Notes: generated by a model from the letters alone, not told the origin. A stretch of 64,000 bases of DNA from Candidatus Heimdallarchaeota archaeon (GCA_020353515.1 CP070695.1:2247155-2311154), one strand, 5' to 3'. Shown: positions 37,385 through 47,909, numbered from the stretch's first letter. Made by a program: numbers and translations.

Positions 37385-40192
37385 ATGGGACGAGGTCACA
37401 GTATCAGGGGAAAAATAAGATTATTACTTCTAGTTCTTCGCATCAATCTCAAGAAATCATTCATTACACTTCTTGGAATGACAATTGCGCTGGCAATAAT
37501 AGCTGCAAGTCTAATCTTTTTAGAGTCAAACGAAATAAATTATTATTTAGAAGTTTTAGAAGACCCTGATCTTGGAAAACCGTTTGAATTCCGGATTTAT
37601 GAAGACACGAGGGGAAATTACTCTATCAAAGACATTACTATGGCTCATGGCCTTGTTAATGAGAAATTTGCTGAATATAATTTAAGAGATTTCTTTATTC
37701 AATCGAAATATCCATTCCTGTTTAGAAAAAATAGAAAAACACTATTTCGAAACACAACAGAAACCTATTATTACTTTGGACTCCCTATGAATGAGTCTAT
37801 CATCAAAGATTGTGTGAATGGAAGCGACATCCCTAGGGCACAAAATGAAATTTTGGTATTTATTCCCAATCATATTCCGATTGAGTTAAATATAAATGAA
37901 ACCGTTAATCTCTCACTCTCTTATAAGTACAAAAATAATGAACAGTTTCATAATCTTAGTCTGAAAATCTCAGGAATATTAACTGAAACAAGCATACGTT
38001 CTTCCTCTCAATTATGGGATATGGTGAATCTATATCATCGAAGCCAATTCATCATGAACGTTGATCAGTACTTATTAGTTCTAAACACATTAAAAACTCT
38101 TTCAGATGAGTCTATTTCAAATTCCTTTTATTTATATTACCAGTTAGATGATTCTACTGTTAATACTCAAAATGCACGCCAAATAATTTATGGATTAGTT
38201 GAATTTGGTGGAAAAGACTGGGATTTTAGTGCTCAGATTAATTCAAAGATGTTTGATATCTATTATGGATCTGCATGGAAATGGTTTAACACAATTTCAA
38301 TGAGAATTGGCGAATTTAGATACTTGTTTTTCTTTTTTACCATCTTTTGTTTACCTGCTTTTATTATTACCTTCCTGTTAGTGAATTTTTCTCTTGGTAT
38401 CATCAATGAAGGCAGAAGAAAAACCCTAGCTTTGTATAAAATGAGAGGGATTTCGAAAGTATTCCTTTTCACTGTTTTATGTGTTGAAACAATGACACTA
38501 GCACTTATTGCTTCGGTATTGGGGGTAATTCTGAGTATACCAGTTTATTTTTTGATTTCAGCTACGACTGGTTATTTAAGCTTTGATTTAACAAAGTGGC
38601 CAGATGTAACTATAATCTCTCGAACCACTATTATTTCGGTGATTGGATTTAGTTTGTGTTTCACTTTTCTGTTACATCTTCGGACAATAATTAAACTTAC
38701 TAATGCAGGCATAGTTTTCTTGGTAGAAGAGGCCAGTAAAAAGAAAAAGCGTAAAAGGGGGGCAATTCAACAAAATATTGACGTTTTTCTACTACTTCAA
38801 GGAATACTCGGTATCTTCTTCCTCAATTTATTCATGAGAATCTTGATTGAAGCTGGTCAGCTGGAAAGTGGCTTAATTATTTTCATGTTACTAATTAGCA
38901 TTCTTGTCTTTTTAAGCCCTTTATCTCTTCTGGTTGGTTTTATTCTCGCATTTAATAGATTAATGCCAGTAATTTTAGATAAATTAGGGGGAATATTATG
39001 GAAAAGAGATTATAAATTGTTCGTTATGGCAACACGAAATTTATTTGTTAATATAAAATTTACTACCCGAACAACATTGCTGATAGCTATTAGTATCAGT
39101 TTTCTAATGGTTATGTCTTCATTACCCGTCTCTATGAATCAGTATAACATTGATTCGACCTACTATAAAGCTGGGAGTGATCTCGTCATTCGGGCAGGGG
39201 ATTTCTTGGGGGAAAGAGCTTTAAGGAATCTTTCAACAGGATTGAATAATCTTCCTGGTTTTACTACTACAATTGTTTCATTTACAGATTATAGAACTAG
39301 TAATAAAGAATTTATAGGAATTGAAGATAATTTTCATGAAGTAGCTTTTTGGAAAACACACTATGCAAAAAAACCTCTCAGCAGCCTTGTATCAGTACTC
39401 TATAACTCTAAAGCCCAAGTTCCAGTAATTATTGACTCCTTTTCAGCTAAACTTGAAGAATTAAATGTTAATGAAACCTATCCTCTTAAAATAGGTTCAG
39501 ACGATCCCCTGAACTTAACCATTGTGGAAAAAACAGATTATTGGCCTGTATTAATTCGAAGAGTTCAAAATAAGGAGAGATTTTTCATAATGAAGCGTTC
39601 AACGTATAGCGAATTGATCAGCGATGGTGATTCCTATATCTGGTGTAAAATTGATCCGATTACCAATGAAGCTATTGAACAGGCTAAAAATATGACACAA
39701 GAAGTAGGAGTTGATATTAATGATTTTTATTTTACTGCAGAGAGAGTAAAACTCGATCCAGATTCTCTCAAATCAATTTTTCCTTGGATTATCACAAATT
39801 TTAATTTTCTTGTTATGCTTATAGGATTATTATTACTTTTGGTTTTATTTACAATGACACGTGTTACCAACCAATTAAAAGAAATCGGATTAAGCAGGGC
39901 ATTAGGGATGAAATTTCGACAGGTTTTTATTCTAATGTTTCTTGAATCCTTTCTATTAATCCTGATAAGTGGGTTACCAGGAGGACTAATTGGTTTAGGA
40001 TTATTAATGATTTTAATTAACTATGGTCAAGGCCCTCCATTCAGTTATGGACCCCCATTTATCTTAATGATTGATATTCCATCTTTATTATTTATTTTCG
40101 GTTCGATCATAATTATTACAATATTTTTAGGATTCATTGCGTCGTACAGAGTAACCAGAGCTGATGTATCTAAAATTCTTAAAGTGGAATGA
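37385..40192 (+). CDS. Large FtsX/MacB-type ABC permease (paralog 2); start at MGRG by homology to paralog 1
   Basis: Colinear with 34409-37249, identical C-terminus YRVTRADVSKILKVE. Confidence 0.9.
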   Translation: MGRGHSIRGKIRLLLLVLRINLKKSFITLLGMTIALAIIAASLIFLESNEINYYLEVLEDPDLGKPFEFRIYEDTRGNYSIKDITMAHGLVNEKFAEYNLRDFFIQSKYPFLFRKNRKTLFRNTTETYYYFGLPMNESIIKDCVNGSDIPRAQNEILVFIPNHIPIELNINETVNLSLSYKYKNNEQFHNLSLKISGILTETSIRSSSQLWDMVNLYHRSQFIMNVDQYLLVLNTLKTLSDESISNSFYLYYQLDDSTVNTQNARQIIYGLVEFGGKDWDFSAQINSKMFDIYYGSAWKWFNTISMRIGEFRYLFFFFTIFCLPAFIITFLLVNFSLGIINEGRRKTLALYKMRGISKVFLFTVLCVETMTLALIASVLGVILSIPVYFLISATTGYLSFDLTKWPDVTIISRTTIISVIGFSLCFTFLLHLRTIIKLTNAGIVFLVEEASKKKKRKRGAIQQNIDVFLLLQGILGIFFLNLFMRILIEAGQLESGLIIFMLLISILVFLSPLSLLVGFILAFNRLMPVILDKLGGILWKRDYKLFVMATRNLFVNIKFTTRTTLLIAISISFLMVMSSLPVSMNQYNIDSTYYKAGSDLVIRAGDFLGERALRNLSTGLNNLPGFTTTIVSFTDYRTSNKEFIGIEDNFHEVAFWKTHYAKKPLSSLVSVLYNSKAQVPVIIDSFSAKLEELNVNETYPLKIGSDDPLNLTIVEKTDYWPVLIRRVQNKERFFIMKRSTYSELISDGDSYIWCKIDPITNEAIEQAKNMTQEVGVDINDFYFTAERVKLDPDSLKSIFPWIITNFNFLVMLIGLLLLLVLFTMTRVTNQLKEIGLSRALGMKFRQVFILMFLESFLLILISGLPGGLIGLGLLMILINYGQGPPFSYGPPFILMIDIPSLLFIFGSIIIITIFLGFIASYRVTRADVSKILKVE

Positions 40193-41082
40193 GTATAATG
40201 TTGTTAGAATGTAGAGACTTAATCAAAATTTATCCTTCCCCTGTGGAAGGATTGATGTTTCCCGCATTACGAGGTCTGGATCTTCAGATACCACCTGCTG
40301 AATTAATATCAATAATTGGTCCTTCAGGAGCAGGAAAATCCACCCTTTTGCGACTCATTTGTACATTTGATCACCCCAGCTCAGGAGAAATCTGGTTTGA
40401 TGGAAAATTGGTAAATACTTTCACAAATGCCGAATTGGAAGAGTTTCGTCTGAATAAGGTTGGTGTTATGTATCAAGCCCCTGAAGACAATCTTATCTGG
40501 GATTTGAACACAATTCAGAACGTTATGCTCCCAATGCGGTATTCAGGCAAATTTAGAGGGAATGAAAAAGCAAGGGCGGAGGAATTATTAGAAAAAGTTG
40601 GATTAAAAGGGAAGACTCATCGCAAACCGTCTCAACTTTCTGGTGGTGAGCAACAACGTGTCTCGATTGCTATTGCATTAGCAAATGAGCCCAAGCTCCT
40701 TCTTGCTGATGAACCTACTGGGGAGTTAGATAGTGTTACTACAGCAGTGATTATTGATTATTTGAAGCAACTAAATAAGGATGATGGATTAACAATTCTC
40801 GTAGTGACGCATGATAAACGCTTTGCAAAAATGACGGATAAGACATATAGAATTTTGGATGGAAGGTTAACCACATATCATATTAGATCTGAAGAATCTG
40901 TTGAGGTTGATCTCGAGGAAGAAGTCGTGATTGTTGACTCCCAAGGTACTCTGAGACTCCCTCGCGAGGTGTCTCATCAGTTTAAGGATTTAAAAGCAGT
41001 TAAGATCCAAGTCAAGAATGGAAAAATCGAATTGGTTCCTTTCAAAGATAAAATGAAGAGTAAGGAGGGGGAACAAAAATGA
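40189..41082 (+). CDS. LolD/SalX-type ABC ATPase with C-terminal AbrB-like extension
   Basis: GPSGAGKST, LSGGEQQR, ADEPTGELD, VTHD; tail VIVDSQGTLRLPREV. Confidence 0.93.
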   Translation: MSIMLLECRDLIKIYPSPVEGLMFPALRGLDLQIPPAELISIIGPSGAGKSTLLRLICTFDHPSSGEIWFDGKLVNTFTNAELEEFRLNKVGVMYQAPEDNLIWDLNTIQNVMLPMRYSGKFRGNEKARAEELLEKVGLKGKTHRKPSQLSGGEQQRVSIAIALANEPKLLLADEPTGELDSVTTAVIIDYLKQLNKDDGLTILVVTHDKRFAKMTDKTYRILDGRLTTYHIRSEESVEVDLEEEVVIVDSQGTLRLPREVSHQFKDLKAVKIQVKNGKIELVPFKDKMKSKEGEQK

Positions 41083-41759
41083 CTGTGAAACAAGTCCTTT
41101 ATGATTTGCAACAGGTTCATAGATGGTATGAAAGCAGTGTGGAGGTCGTGAAAGCGGTTGATGGGGTCGATCTTCAGATTTTTAAGGGTGATTTCATTGC
41201 AGTTTTTGGTCCTTCTGGTTCTGGTAAAACAACATTCCTTAATCTTTTAGCAGGACTTGATAAGGCCACAGGGGGGTCAATAGTGTTTAATGACGTAAAC
41301 TTGAATGATTTGAGTGATTCAGCGATATGTGATCTTAGAAGACACGAAATAGGAATTATCTTTCAGTTTTATAACATGCATCCTTCCTTAACTACTCAGG
41401 AAAATGTGGAATATCCTATGTTGATCGCAGGGATTCCTGCAAGTCAAAGGAGTCAAAGAGCGACAGAATTACTGAAAGAGATCGGTCTTCTTGACAAAAA
41501 GGATAACTTTCCTGCTGAATTATCAGGGGGAGAAAAGCAACGAGTAGGAATCGCTCGTGCCTTAACAAATGAACCTCAGGTGATTATTGCTGATGAGCCA
41601 ACGGGGGATCTCGATTCTGAAAATGCTGAAGAGATAATTAACTTGTTGTTATCAGTGAATAAACAGGGCACAACGATTGTAATGGTTACTCATGATGAAT
41701 CCCTCTTAACAGAAGATATGAGAATTTTACACTTGATTGATGGGAAAATATTTGGATAA
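41079..41759 (+). CDS. LolD/SalX-type ABC ATPase
   Basis: GPSGSGKTT, LSGGEKQR, ADEPTGDLD, VTHD. Confidence 0.95.
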   Translation: MTVKQVLYDLQQVHRWYESSVEVVKAVDGVDLQIFKGDFIAVFGPSGSGKTTFLNLLAGLDKATGGSIVFNDVNLNDLSDSAICDLRRHEIGIIFQFYNMHPSLTTQENVEYPMLIAGIPASQRSQRATELLKEIGLLDKKDNFPAELSGGEKQRVGIARALTNEPQVIIADEPTGDLDSENAEEIINLLLSVNKQGTTIVMVTHDESLLTEDMRILHLIDGKIFG

Positions 41760-41980
41760 AACCTAATATTAGTTCTCTACATCACTATCAATATTTAGGC
41801 GCTCTCTATTACTATCATCTCTGATTTAGATGTCCTGACGTTGAATGAAATTGGATCAGGGAGATCAACAATCCTGTTAATGAAATCGATATCATATGGT
41901 AAATTTTATCAAGTCGACTCTTAAGCGCTCTTTGTGAGAGAACCCATCACAAGACTTCTTAAGGGTTGAAGGCTAGAAAT

Positions 41981-42127
41981 ATGACGACGTATTTGTGTCA
42001 AAAATGCCATCAGGAGATTGATCCTGCGGAATTAGAAACTTTGCCTGGGATTCGATGCATTATATGCGGTCATCGAATATTATTGAAAAAACGTCCCCCC
42101 ATCATCAAACGGTTGAAAACTGATTAA
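41981..42127 (+). CDS. rpoP: DNA-directed RNA polymerase subunit P (Rpo12); not in ORF track
   Basis: MTTYLCQKCHQEIDPAELETLPGIRCIICGHRILLKKRPPIIKRLKTD*. Confidence 0.95.
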   Translation: MTTYLCQKCHQEIDPAELETLPGIRCIICGHRILLKKRPPIIKRLKTD

Positions 42128-42251
42128 AATAAGCCAAAGGACGATTTCCACAATTCTCTGTTATTCGATAGGTTTATATTTTGTTAAGGATAAAGATAGA
42201 TCAGCTAATAAATTATTCAGCTAACTAAAAATCTGAGGTTAATAGTTCAAA

Positions 42252-42563
42252 ATGGGTAGTATATGCAAGACCTGCGGTCTGCCAGAAGAGTTATGCGCTT
42301 GCTCTGATATCGCACGAGAAGAACAAACGTCAATTAGGGTTTATATTGAGAAACGAAAATGGGGACGCGAGGTAACGGTCATTGATGGACTGTCTAAAGA
42401 TATTGATCTACGAAGCTTGTCCAAACGTCTGAAGAAGAGTTTGGCCACAGGTGGAACAACAAAAGATGGCCGAATTGAACTTCAGGGTAATTTCCTTCGT
42501 TTAATTTCACCAATTCTTATCGATGAAGGATTTCCTGAAACGTCTATTGAGATACGCGGCTGA
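42252..42563 (+). CDS. sui1: Translation initiation factor SUI1 (aIF1)
   Basis: C..CGLPEELC.C, G+.VTVI.G, LKK.LATGGT.KDG.IELQG. Confidence 0.95.
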   Translation: MGSICKTCGLPEELCACSDIAREEQTSIRVYIEKRKWGREVTVIDGLSKDIDLRSLSKRLKKSLATGGTTKDGRIELQGNFLRLISPILIDEGFPETSIEIRG

Positions 42564-42695
42564 CTCTTGTAATCAAACCGATAGAGTCCAAATATTCCCT
42601 AGATTGAGGGTGTCTCCTCCTATCAAGGGTAGATACCGTACTTTCCTTCTACATTAGATTGTACTTAAGAGAACCCTTACTTCAGAAATTAACAC

Positions 42696-43025
42696 TTAAT
42701 CTTGCGGTGTTTCAATTGCTTCAACAAATCGGCGGCCGCTGACCACTTGATCGATTGAGTGAATGGAGCCATGTAATTCGGTTATAGTTTTTGAGATGAG
42801 GTTGAAATCCATATTAGAACCTTCAAGTACGACCTTGAGATTCTCTGTTTTTGCATCTATTTCAACAAGGGTACAGTTTACAGCAGCTACTCCAGCAACC
42901 TGTTCTAAAGCAGTAGCAAAAGAAACTATGGATGGATCATGGAGTTTTAACACATCCAACACAAGGCGTCTAACCCCCCCCTTTTTTATATCCTGTTTTT
43001 CAGTCATCTGTAGATTGATCTCCAT
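42696..43025 (-). CDS. DUF211 family protein
   Basis: RRLVLDVLK.H.P, EID..TEN, GSIHSIDQVVSG. Confidence 0.9.
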   Translation of the reverse strand: MEINLQMTEKQDIKKGGVRRLVLDVLKLHDPSIVSFATALEQVAGVAAVNCTLVEIDAKTENLKVVLEGSNMDFNLISKTITELHGSIHSIDQVVSGRRFVEAIETPQD

Positions 43026-43118
43026 AAAATCTAAATATGCTAATAAAATCTCATGTTTTGCTATCTACAAAAGATTTTTAATATCTTGGGCGATGAAATT
43101 CAATGGTGACACGATTGA

Positions 43119-43436
43119 ATGTCTGACCTTTCTAAGTTTATTCAAAAGAAGGGAGAGAAAAAACCTCCATCAGCGTCGAAACCTCAGAAAAGGAAACCTA
43201 GAATTATCGAGCGAGAAAAAACACCTTATTCGTTAGAACAACTAAGTAAAGAACAACTAATTGAATTATTAGAACCTCTGATGGGAGAGATCCCAGGTTT
43301 TGCTGCCAACTTAGCCTGGACTCGTCAAAAAATCCTCCCTAAAAACCCTAAAATTCACCCAGAAGAGCTAGCTCAAGAATTGTCAATTCCCTTACTCGAA
43401 GCGTATGTAATCTTAGCCCAATTACAAACATATTAA
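43119..43436 (+). CDS. Hypothetical protein, basic N-terminus and HTH-like C-terminus
   Basis: IHPEELAQELSIPLLEAYVILAQL. Confidence 0.65.
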   Translation: MSDLSKFIQKKGEKKPPSASKPQKRKPRIIEREKTPYSLEQLSKEQLIELLEPLMGEIPGFAANLAWTRQKILPKNPKIHPEELAQELSIPLLEAYVILAQLQTY

Positions 43437-44710
43437 GACTCTGTATCGTCAGTTTCTTGAAACATAAGCCCAGCAATTTCTTGATACGAATCAAGTTTAT
43501 TTAATGCATTAGTACAGCCTTTGGATAGAGGAATATTCTGATTCTCATCAGCCATCTTTTTTGCTTCCAGTAGTTTATCTCGTGCTTCAGCAAAATGGTC
43601 TATGGCTTCTGGGCTCATATTATCATATTCAGTAACAGCACGACAGAAAAGTTGCATTGCTTGAAAATATTTGATTTGAGGTTCAAAAGTCTGTTTTAGG
43701 GCATCACTAGGTAATTTTTCAAGGACTTTTTGTAATGTTTGGTTTGCATAGGAAAATTGAAGAGCAGCTTGTTCGTTATTGTCTTGTATCATGAAGGCTT
43801 TCGCTGTAGCTTCATAGTACGAGGAATATTGGATTTGTTCTTGGAGTTCATATTCGACTTTTTTCTGAATCTTATTAAGTGAATGGTAAAGTTGAGCTGA
43901 CTTCTGATAATTAGCTTTTGCACCGTCAAATTGATCTACCTCAGATTTCGCTAGTCCTTGAGTAAATATTAGTTCCGCTTGGTGTTCTAATTTTTCTAGA
44001 GTGAATAACATAATCTCCCTTTGGGTTTGATCAAGGAGGGTTTCTATGTTGGAATACCCAAGAAAGTGTGCTTTTTTTAGATTTCTTAAGGCTAGGTAAA
44101 GATCATCAATATTTTTGGAGCTTTTTCCCCGTAATCGGTACAGGTGGCCTGTTATATGGAAGATAATTCCTAGAGAATTGAAATAATGGTCATAATCATT
44201 TTTATTCTGCTCTACCACCAATTCATTGTTATATCGGTTAATTGTTTCAACATATAAGACATCTGCTTGGACTATATCATTTTCTGCTTCTGCTATCCGA
44301 GCTCGAGTTTCTTGTATTCGAGCATCAACACGTAAAACAAGGCGATCAATATCATATTGCAGTTGTGAATATAAATCGGGATATTGGGTTTGCGTTTCTA
44401 AGATTCCAGTTTGCAATTTTTGATACGAAGAGAGCGCTTTCTTGATCCTATCACTAAAAAGCATAAACTCAGAATTGTAGAACAGACGGAGATGTTGGAG
44501 AAGGCGAAGATAGAAATCTTTTTCGGGAAAATCCGTTGCTACTAATGCTTCACCTAGGTTATCACATAGACCGACTGTTTCCACAGTCTCATCTGCTGAA
44601 ATGCAGTATTTTTGAGTCAGAATCTTTTTAACTTGTGCTATTATGTTCTCATCGGCCATGTGATAATCCTCTGAAATGTTTAGTGATTTTGATCGAATCT
44701 TATTTCTCAT
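43433..44710 (-). CDS. Alpha-solenoid (TPR-like) protein; start probably MADENI
   Basis: Repeated helical hairpins (AKANYQKSAQLY, AALQFSYA, EAIDHFAEA). Confidence 0.75.
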   Translation of the reverse strand: MRNKIRSKSLNISEDYHMADENIIAQVKKILTQKYCISADETVETVGLCDNLGEALVATDFPEKDFYLRLLQHLRLFYNSEFMLFSDRIKKALSSYQKLQTGILETQTQYPDLYSQLQYDIDRLVLRVDARIQETRARIAEAENDIVQADVLYVETINRYNNELVVEQNKNDYDHYFNSLGIIFHITGHLYRLRGKSSKNIDDLYLALRNLKKAHFLGYSNIETLLDQTQREIMLFTLEKLEHQAELIFTQGLAKSEVDQFDGAKANYQKSAQLYHSLNKIQKKVEYELQEQIQYSSYYEATAKAFMIQDNNEQAALQFSYANQTLQKVLEKLPSDALKQTFEPQIKYFQAMQLFCRAVTEYDNMSPEAIDHFAEARDKLLEAKKMADENQNIPLSKGCTNALNKLDSYQEIAGLMFQETDDTES

Positions 44711-44811
44711 TGTTACACTTTAGATCTGTATAAATCAGGTTCGAAACATCGTTTATTTATTTGTTTTTGAAAACGACGAATATAACGTAGAAATAGTGCT
44801 CTGATAGAAAA

Positions 44812-45843
44812 TTGGTGAGGATTATGTCTGATTGGACCTCTGAAGAGGGAATTACGGAAGAAGAGAAGTTTTACTTCTATCGCAAGGCTGGACAGATCGG
44901 GTATGAAGTTTTAAATCAAGTGAAAGATATAATCAAACCTGAGGTACCCATTATTCAGATTTGTGAAACTGCAGAGAAGTTGATATTAGAAAAAGGGGCG
45001 GATGGATTTGGTTTTCCAACAAACGTATCAATCAACAATATTGCGGCTCACTATTCCAGTCCTCATGGTGATGAGAATGTGATTCCTAATGAGGGAAGTA
45101 TCAAATTAGATATCGGTGTTCATTGTAATGGATATATTGCAGATACTGCAGTGACAATTATTCTCTCTCCTGATCTTAATAATTTGAAGACTGCTGCAGA
45201 AGAGGGATTTAAAGCAGCTATGGAAATTATTCAAGCAGGAACATTGCCTTCGTTGGTAGGAAAACGAATTGAAGAAACGATTACTGGATATGGTTATCGG
45301 CCAATTCGGGAATTGACTGGTCATAAGCTTGGAAGATACGAATTACATGGCGATAAGCGGTTACCAAATATAAGTTCTCCCTATGACCCTGCAGAGGGAG
45401 CATTGGAGGTTGGAGAAGCCTACGCGTTAGAAACTTTTGCATCAACTGGGACTGGGAGTATTCATGAGGTAGTTGGCACGAAGTATATTTACATGCTGCT
45501 TCCAAGACGCATACCGTTACGTAATCCAGTGTCAAGGAAGATCTACTCAACAACCTATAAAAAATACAAAACCTTACCTTTTGCTGAACGCTGGTTATCC
45601 TCATATGATCAGTTTAACCCTGCGCGTGTTCGGTTTGCAATGCGTGAACTTCTAAATGGGGGAGGTATTATTCCTTATCCTCCTTTAGCAGATGAAAAAG
45701 GGAGTTTTGTTACCCAATATGAACACACATTTATTATTACTAAGGAAGACGGTGTGATCATTACTACTCAACCACCTTTTGATTTTGAAATGCCCGAGAG
45801 TCTTCAAGAAAAAACAGATACAGACGTTGAGGAAGAGGAATAA
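44812..45843 (+). CDS. map: Methionine aminopeptidase type II
   Basis: FPTNVSINNIAAHYS, KLDIGVH..GYIADTA, LTGH, ALETFAS, LPFAERW, QYEHT. Confidence 0.97.
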   Translation: MVRIMSDWTSEEGITEEEKFYFYRKAGQIGYEVLNQVKDIIKPEVPIIQICETAEKLILEKGADGFGFPTNVSINNIAAHYSSPHGDENVIPNEGSIKLDIGVHCNGYIADTAVTIILSPDLNNLKTAAEEGFKAAMEIIQAGTLPSLVGKRIEETITGYGYRPIRELTGHKLGRYELHGDKRLPNISSPYDPAEGALEVGEAYALETFASTGTGSIHEVVGTKYIYMLLPRRIPLRNPVSRKIYSTTYKKYKTLPFAERWLSSYDQFNPARVRFAMRELLNGGGIIPYPPLADEKGSFVTQYEHTFIITKEDGVIITTQPPFDFEMPESLQEKTDTDVEEEE

Positions 45844-45947
45844 ACTCATAAGGTAGAACAAGTCTACTAATTGCTAGATGTAATTTGTTAATGAACACTA
45901 AAATTGTCATAAAATACTTTTGTAGGTATATGTTTGTTTAATCTAAT

Positions 45948-47909
45948 GTGGTTGAATTGCCCTCTCCATCCAAGTTCAAGAAATTTCTTATTACTCTTCG
46001 CAAAAAAGAGCTCATTGACGAAAACCAATATGTTGAGGCACTTGAAGGTTTGAAGGGTTCTTTCAAAACTGATGGAGATCAATTGATACCTCTCCTAGAC
46101 ATGTATGGACTTAAACAAATCGATGACGGGTTGCAACGTCTTAATCAATCGTTGACAGAGATTGATACTGAGATTAAAAAAACCATTCAAGCCTGGGAGA
46201 CAAAAGCATTATCTAAGAACGAAACAAAAAAAATACTGACTGAATTTGTTTCAGAACAGAATAAACTGATAAAAAGACAAAAAAAGCTGCAATTACACAT
46301 TCAAGACAAAATTTCGCGTTTGAAATCCTTGGAAAAAGGATCTAATATTGAGATGGGGAATTTTGTTATCTCACTTCTACAAACTACTGATATAGAAGAG
46401 ATAAGAACCCTTCTTAATGAGTTCATGATCATCTGGTCAAAATATTCAAGGGGGGTAGAGGAACAAAGACCTCATAAACTTGATGAGGTAGAATTGGACA
46501 TTTTAAGAACTTTAATGATCCCAATACCTGAAAGTGAACGAATAATCTTTAATTTAGACGAAGTTATTCAACCTCAGGATTTTCAGGACTCACTCCTCCC
46601 TCAAAAAATTCCAGAGGAAATTCCTAAGGAACATCAGGTTGAAGAGCTTGACTCTGTTAAGGAACAGAAAATACCCTCTACATGGGATCTAGTTGGACTT
46701 GTAGCATTTGACACGAACAAAACCCCTATAGGATTGTTTCGTCCACCTATTATGGTAAATAAGTCAGTATTTTTACCTATTATTAGAGAAAAACCATTGT
46801 CAATGTCTGTGTTAAAGAAAGGATATCAAGATTTCTTCAATCAGGTTGGCTTAGATCTAAACGTGACCACAACCCAACAAATTCGAAACGAAATAGCTAA
46901 GAGGTTAGAAATCCCAGAAGAACTAGCTCTGCAACCATCACTTTTTAATCAATGGATGAGCGAGCTTGGCTTTGAAGTAGTACCTGCTAAACCCCAGTTG
47001 ACTAAAGCCTGGTTTGCCGAGACAGAGTCAATTGATCAATCTTCAGAGGTTCCAGTAGTAAAAAAAGCAGACTTGAAAAAAATCAGTATTCCTGCGTGGA
47101 TTCCTGCGAGAGGAGAGAAAGTTGCTCAACAAATCCACCTCGGTAAGCAAGTAGTTGGGATGGCTGGATCTAATTTTGGCTTAATTGTTGGAATTATGCA
47201 TGAAACGCCTTTCGGTCAAGTTCTAGTCGTTGAACGGAAAGTTCCTCCCTCCTATTTAGTGGATCTTTTTTTAAAGGGATTAGGAAAGGAATCTTTAGCT
47301 GAGCTACGATTTACTATTACACAAGAGCTTCAGATAGGAGAAGGAGAAGTTTTTTCTTCAGAAAACTTATGGCTTATGAGTAATAAGGAACGTCTCCTAA
47401 TCTCCCCCCATGAGATACTAGCTTCGTATTATACAGTTCTACCTGCCGCAGCATTCAATTTTACAGACAAGATCCATGCAAAGGTTGGAGTATACTTTCA
47501 TTCTGTTCCAGAAACTTTCCGATATCTGATTGGTAAACCATTAATTAAAAATGAAGATGAAACTGGGTTAATATATGGTTTTTCCGTAAATGAGGGGGAA
47601 TTAGCCATCGTTTGGTCTTCTAAAGAACCTATTGAGATTATTAAACAACTGGGAAAGAAATCTTCAGAACAATATGTCAACCGTTTACGACGACGGATTT
47701 CTCTTGCTTTAGATACTTCCTACGAAAAAAGTATATGGCCAAGCAATTTAGCGCGGTATTTTCTGAACTTCATATGGATGGAAGAACAACTAACTTTAGA
47801 AAAGACGCTTACCATAATTAAGGAACGATTTTTCTTACAAGAAGTTTTATTTTCTGAAATTGAGGAAATTTCAAAAGATGGTCTGAAATGCAGAGGTTTA
47901 ACTGGCTAA
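45948..47909 (+). CDS. Coiled-coil protein with three degenerate split PRC-barrel-like repeats
   Basis: N-terminal coiled coil; repeats start DLVGLVAFD..PIG / LGKQVVG..G.NFG / LIGKPL..ETG. Confidence 0.75.
   Translation: MVELPSPSKFKKFLITLRKKELIDENQYVEALEGLKGSFKTDGDQLIPLLDMYGLKQIDDGLQRLNQSLTEIDTEIKKTIQAWETKALSKNETKKILTEFVSEQNKLIKRQKKLQLHIQDKISRLKSLEKGSNIEMGNFVISLLQTTDIEEIRTLLNEFMIIWSKYSRGVEEQRPHKLDEVELDILRTLMIPIPESERIIFNLDEVIQPQDFQDSLLPQKIPEEIPKEHQVEELDSVKEQKIPSTWDLVGLVAFDTNKTPIGLFRPPIMVNKSVFLPIIREKPLSMSVLKKGYQDFFNQVGLDLNVTTTQQIRNEIAKRLEIPEELALQPSLFNQWMSELGFEVVPAKPQLTKAWFAETESIDQSSEVPVVKKADLKKISIPAWIPARGEKVAQQIHLGKQVVGMAGSNFGLIVGIMHETPFGQVLVVERKVPPSYLVDLFLKGLGKESLAELRFTITQELQIGEGEVFSSENLWLMSNKERLLISPHEILASYYTVLPAAAFNFTDKIHAKVGVYFHSVPETFRYLIGKPLIKNEDETGLIYGFSVNEGELAIVWSSKEPIEIIKQLGKKSSEQYVNRLRRRISLALDTSYEKSIWPSNLARYFLNFIWMEEQLTLEKTLTIIKERFFLQEVLFSEIEEISKDGLKCRGLTG

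Noticed and set aside
42763-43236. 157-aa ORF and the many other antisense or nested ORFs in the track
   Set aside because: Overlap well-supported genes on the other strand or frame and show no motifs
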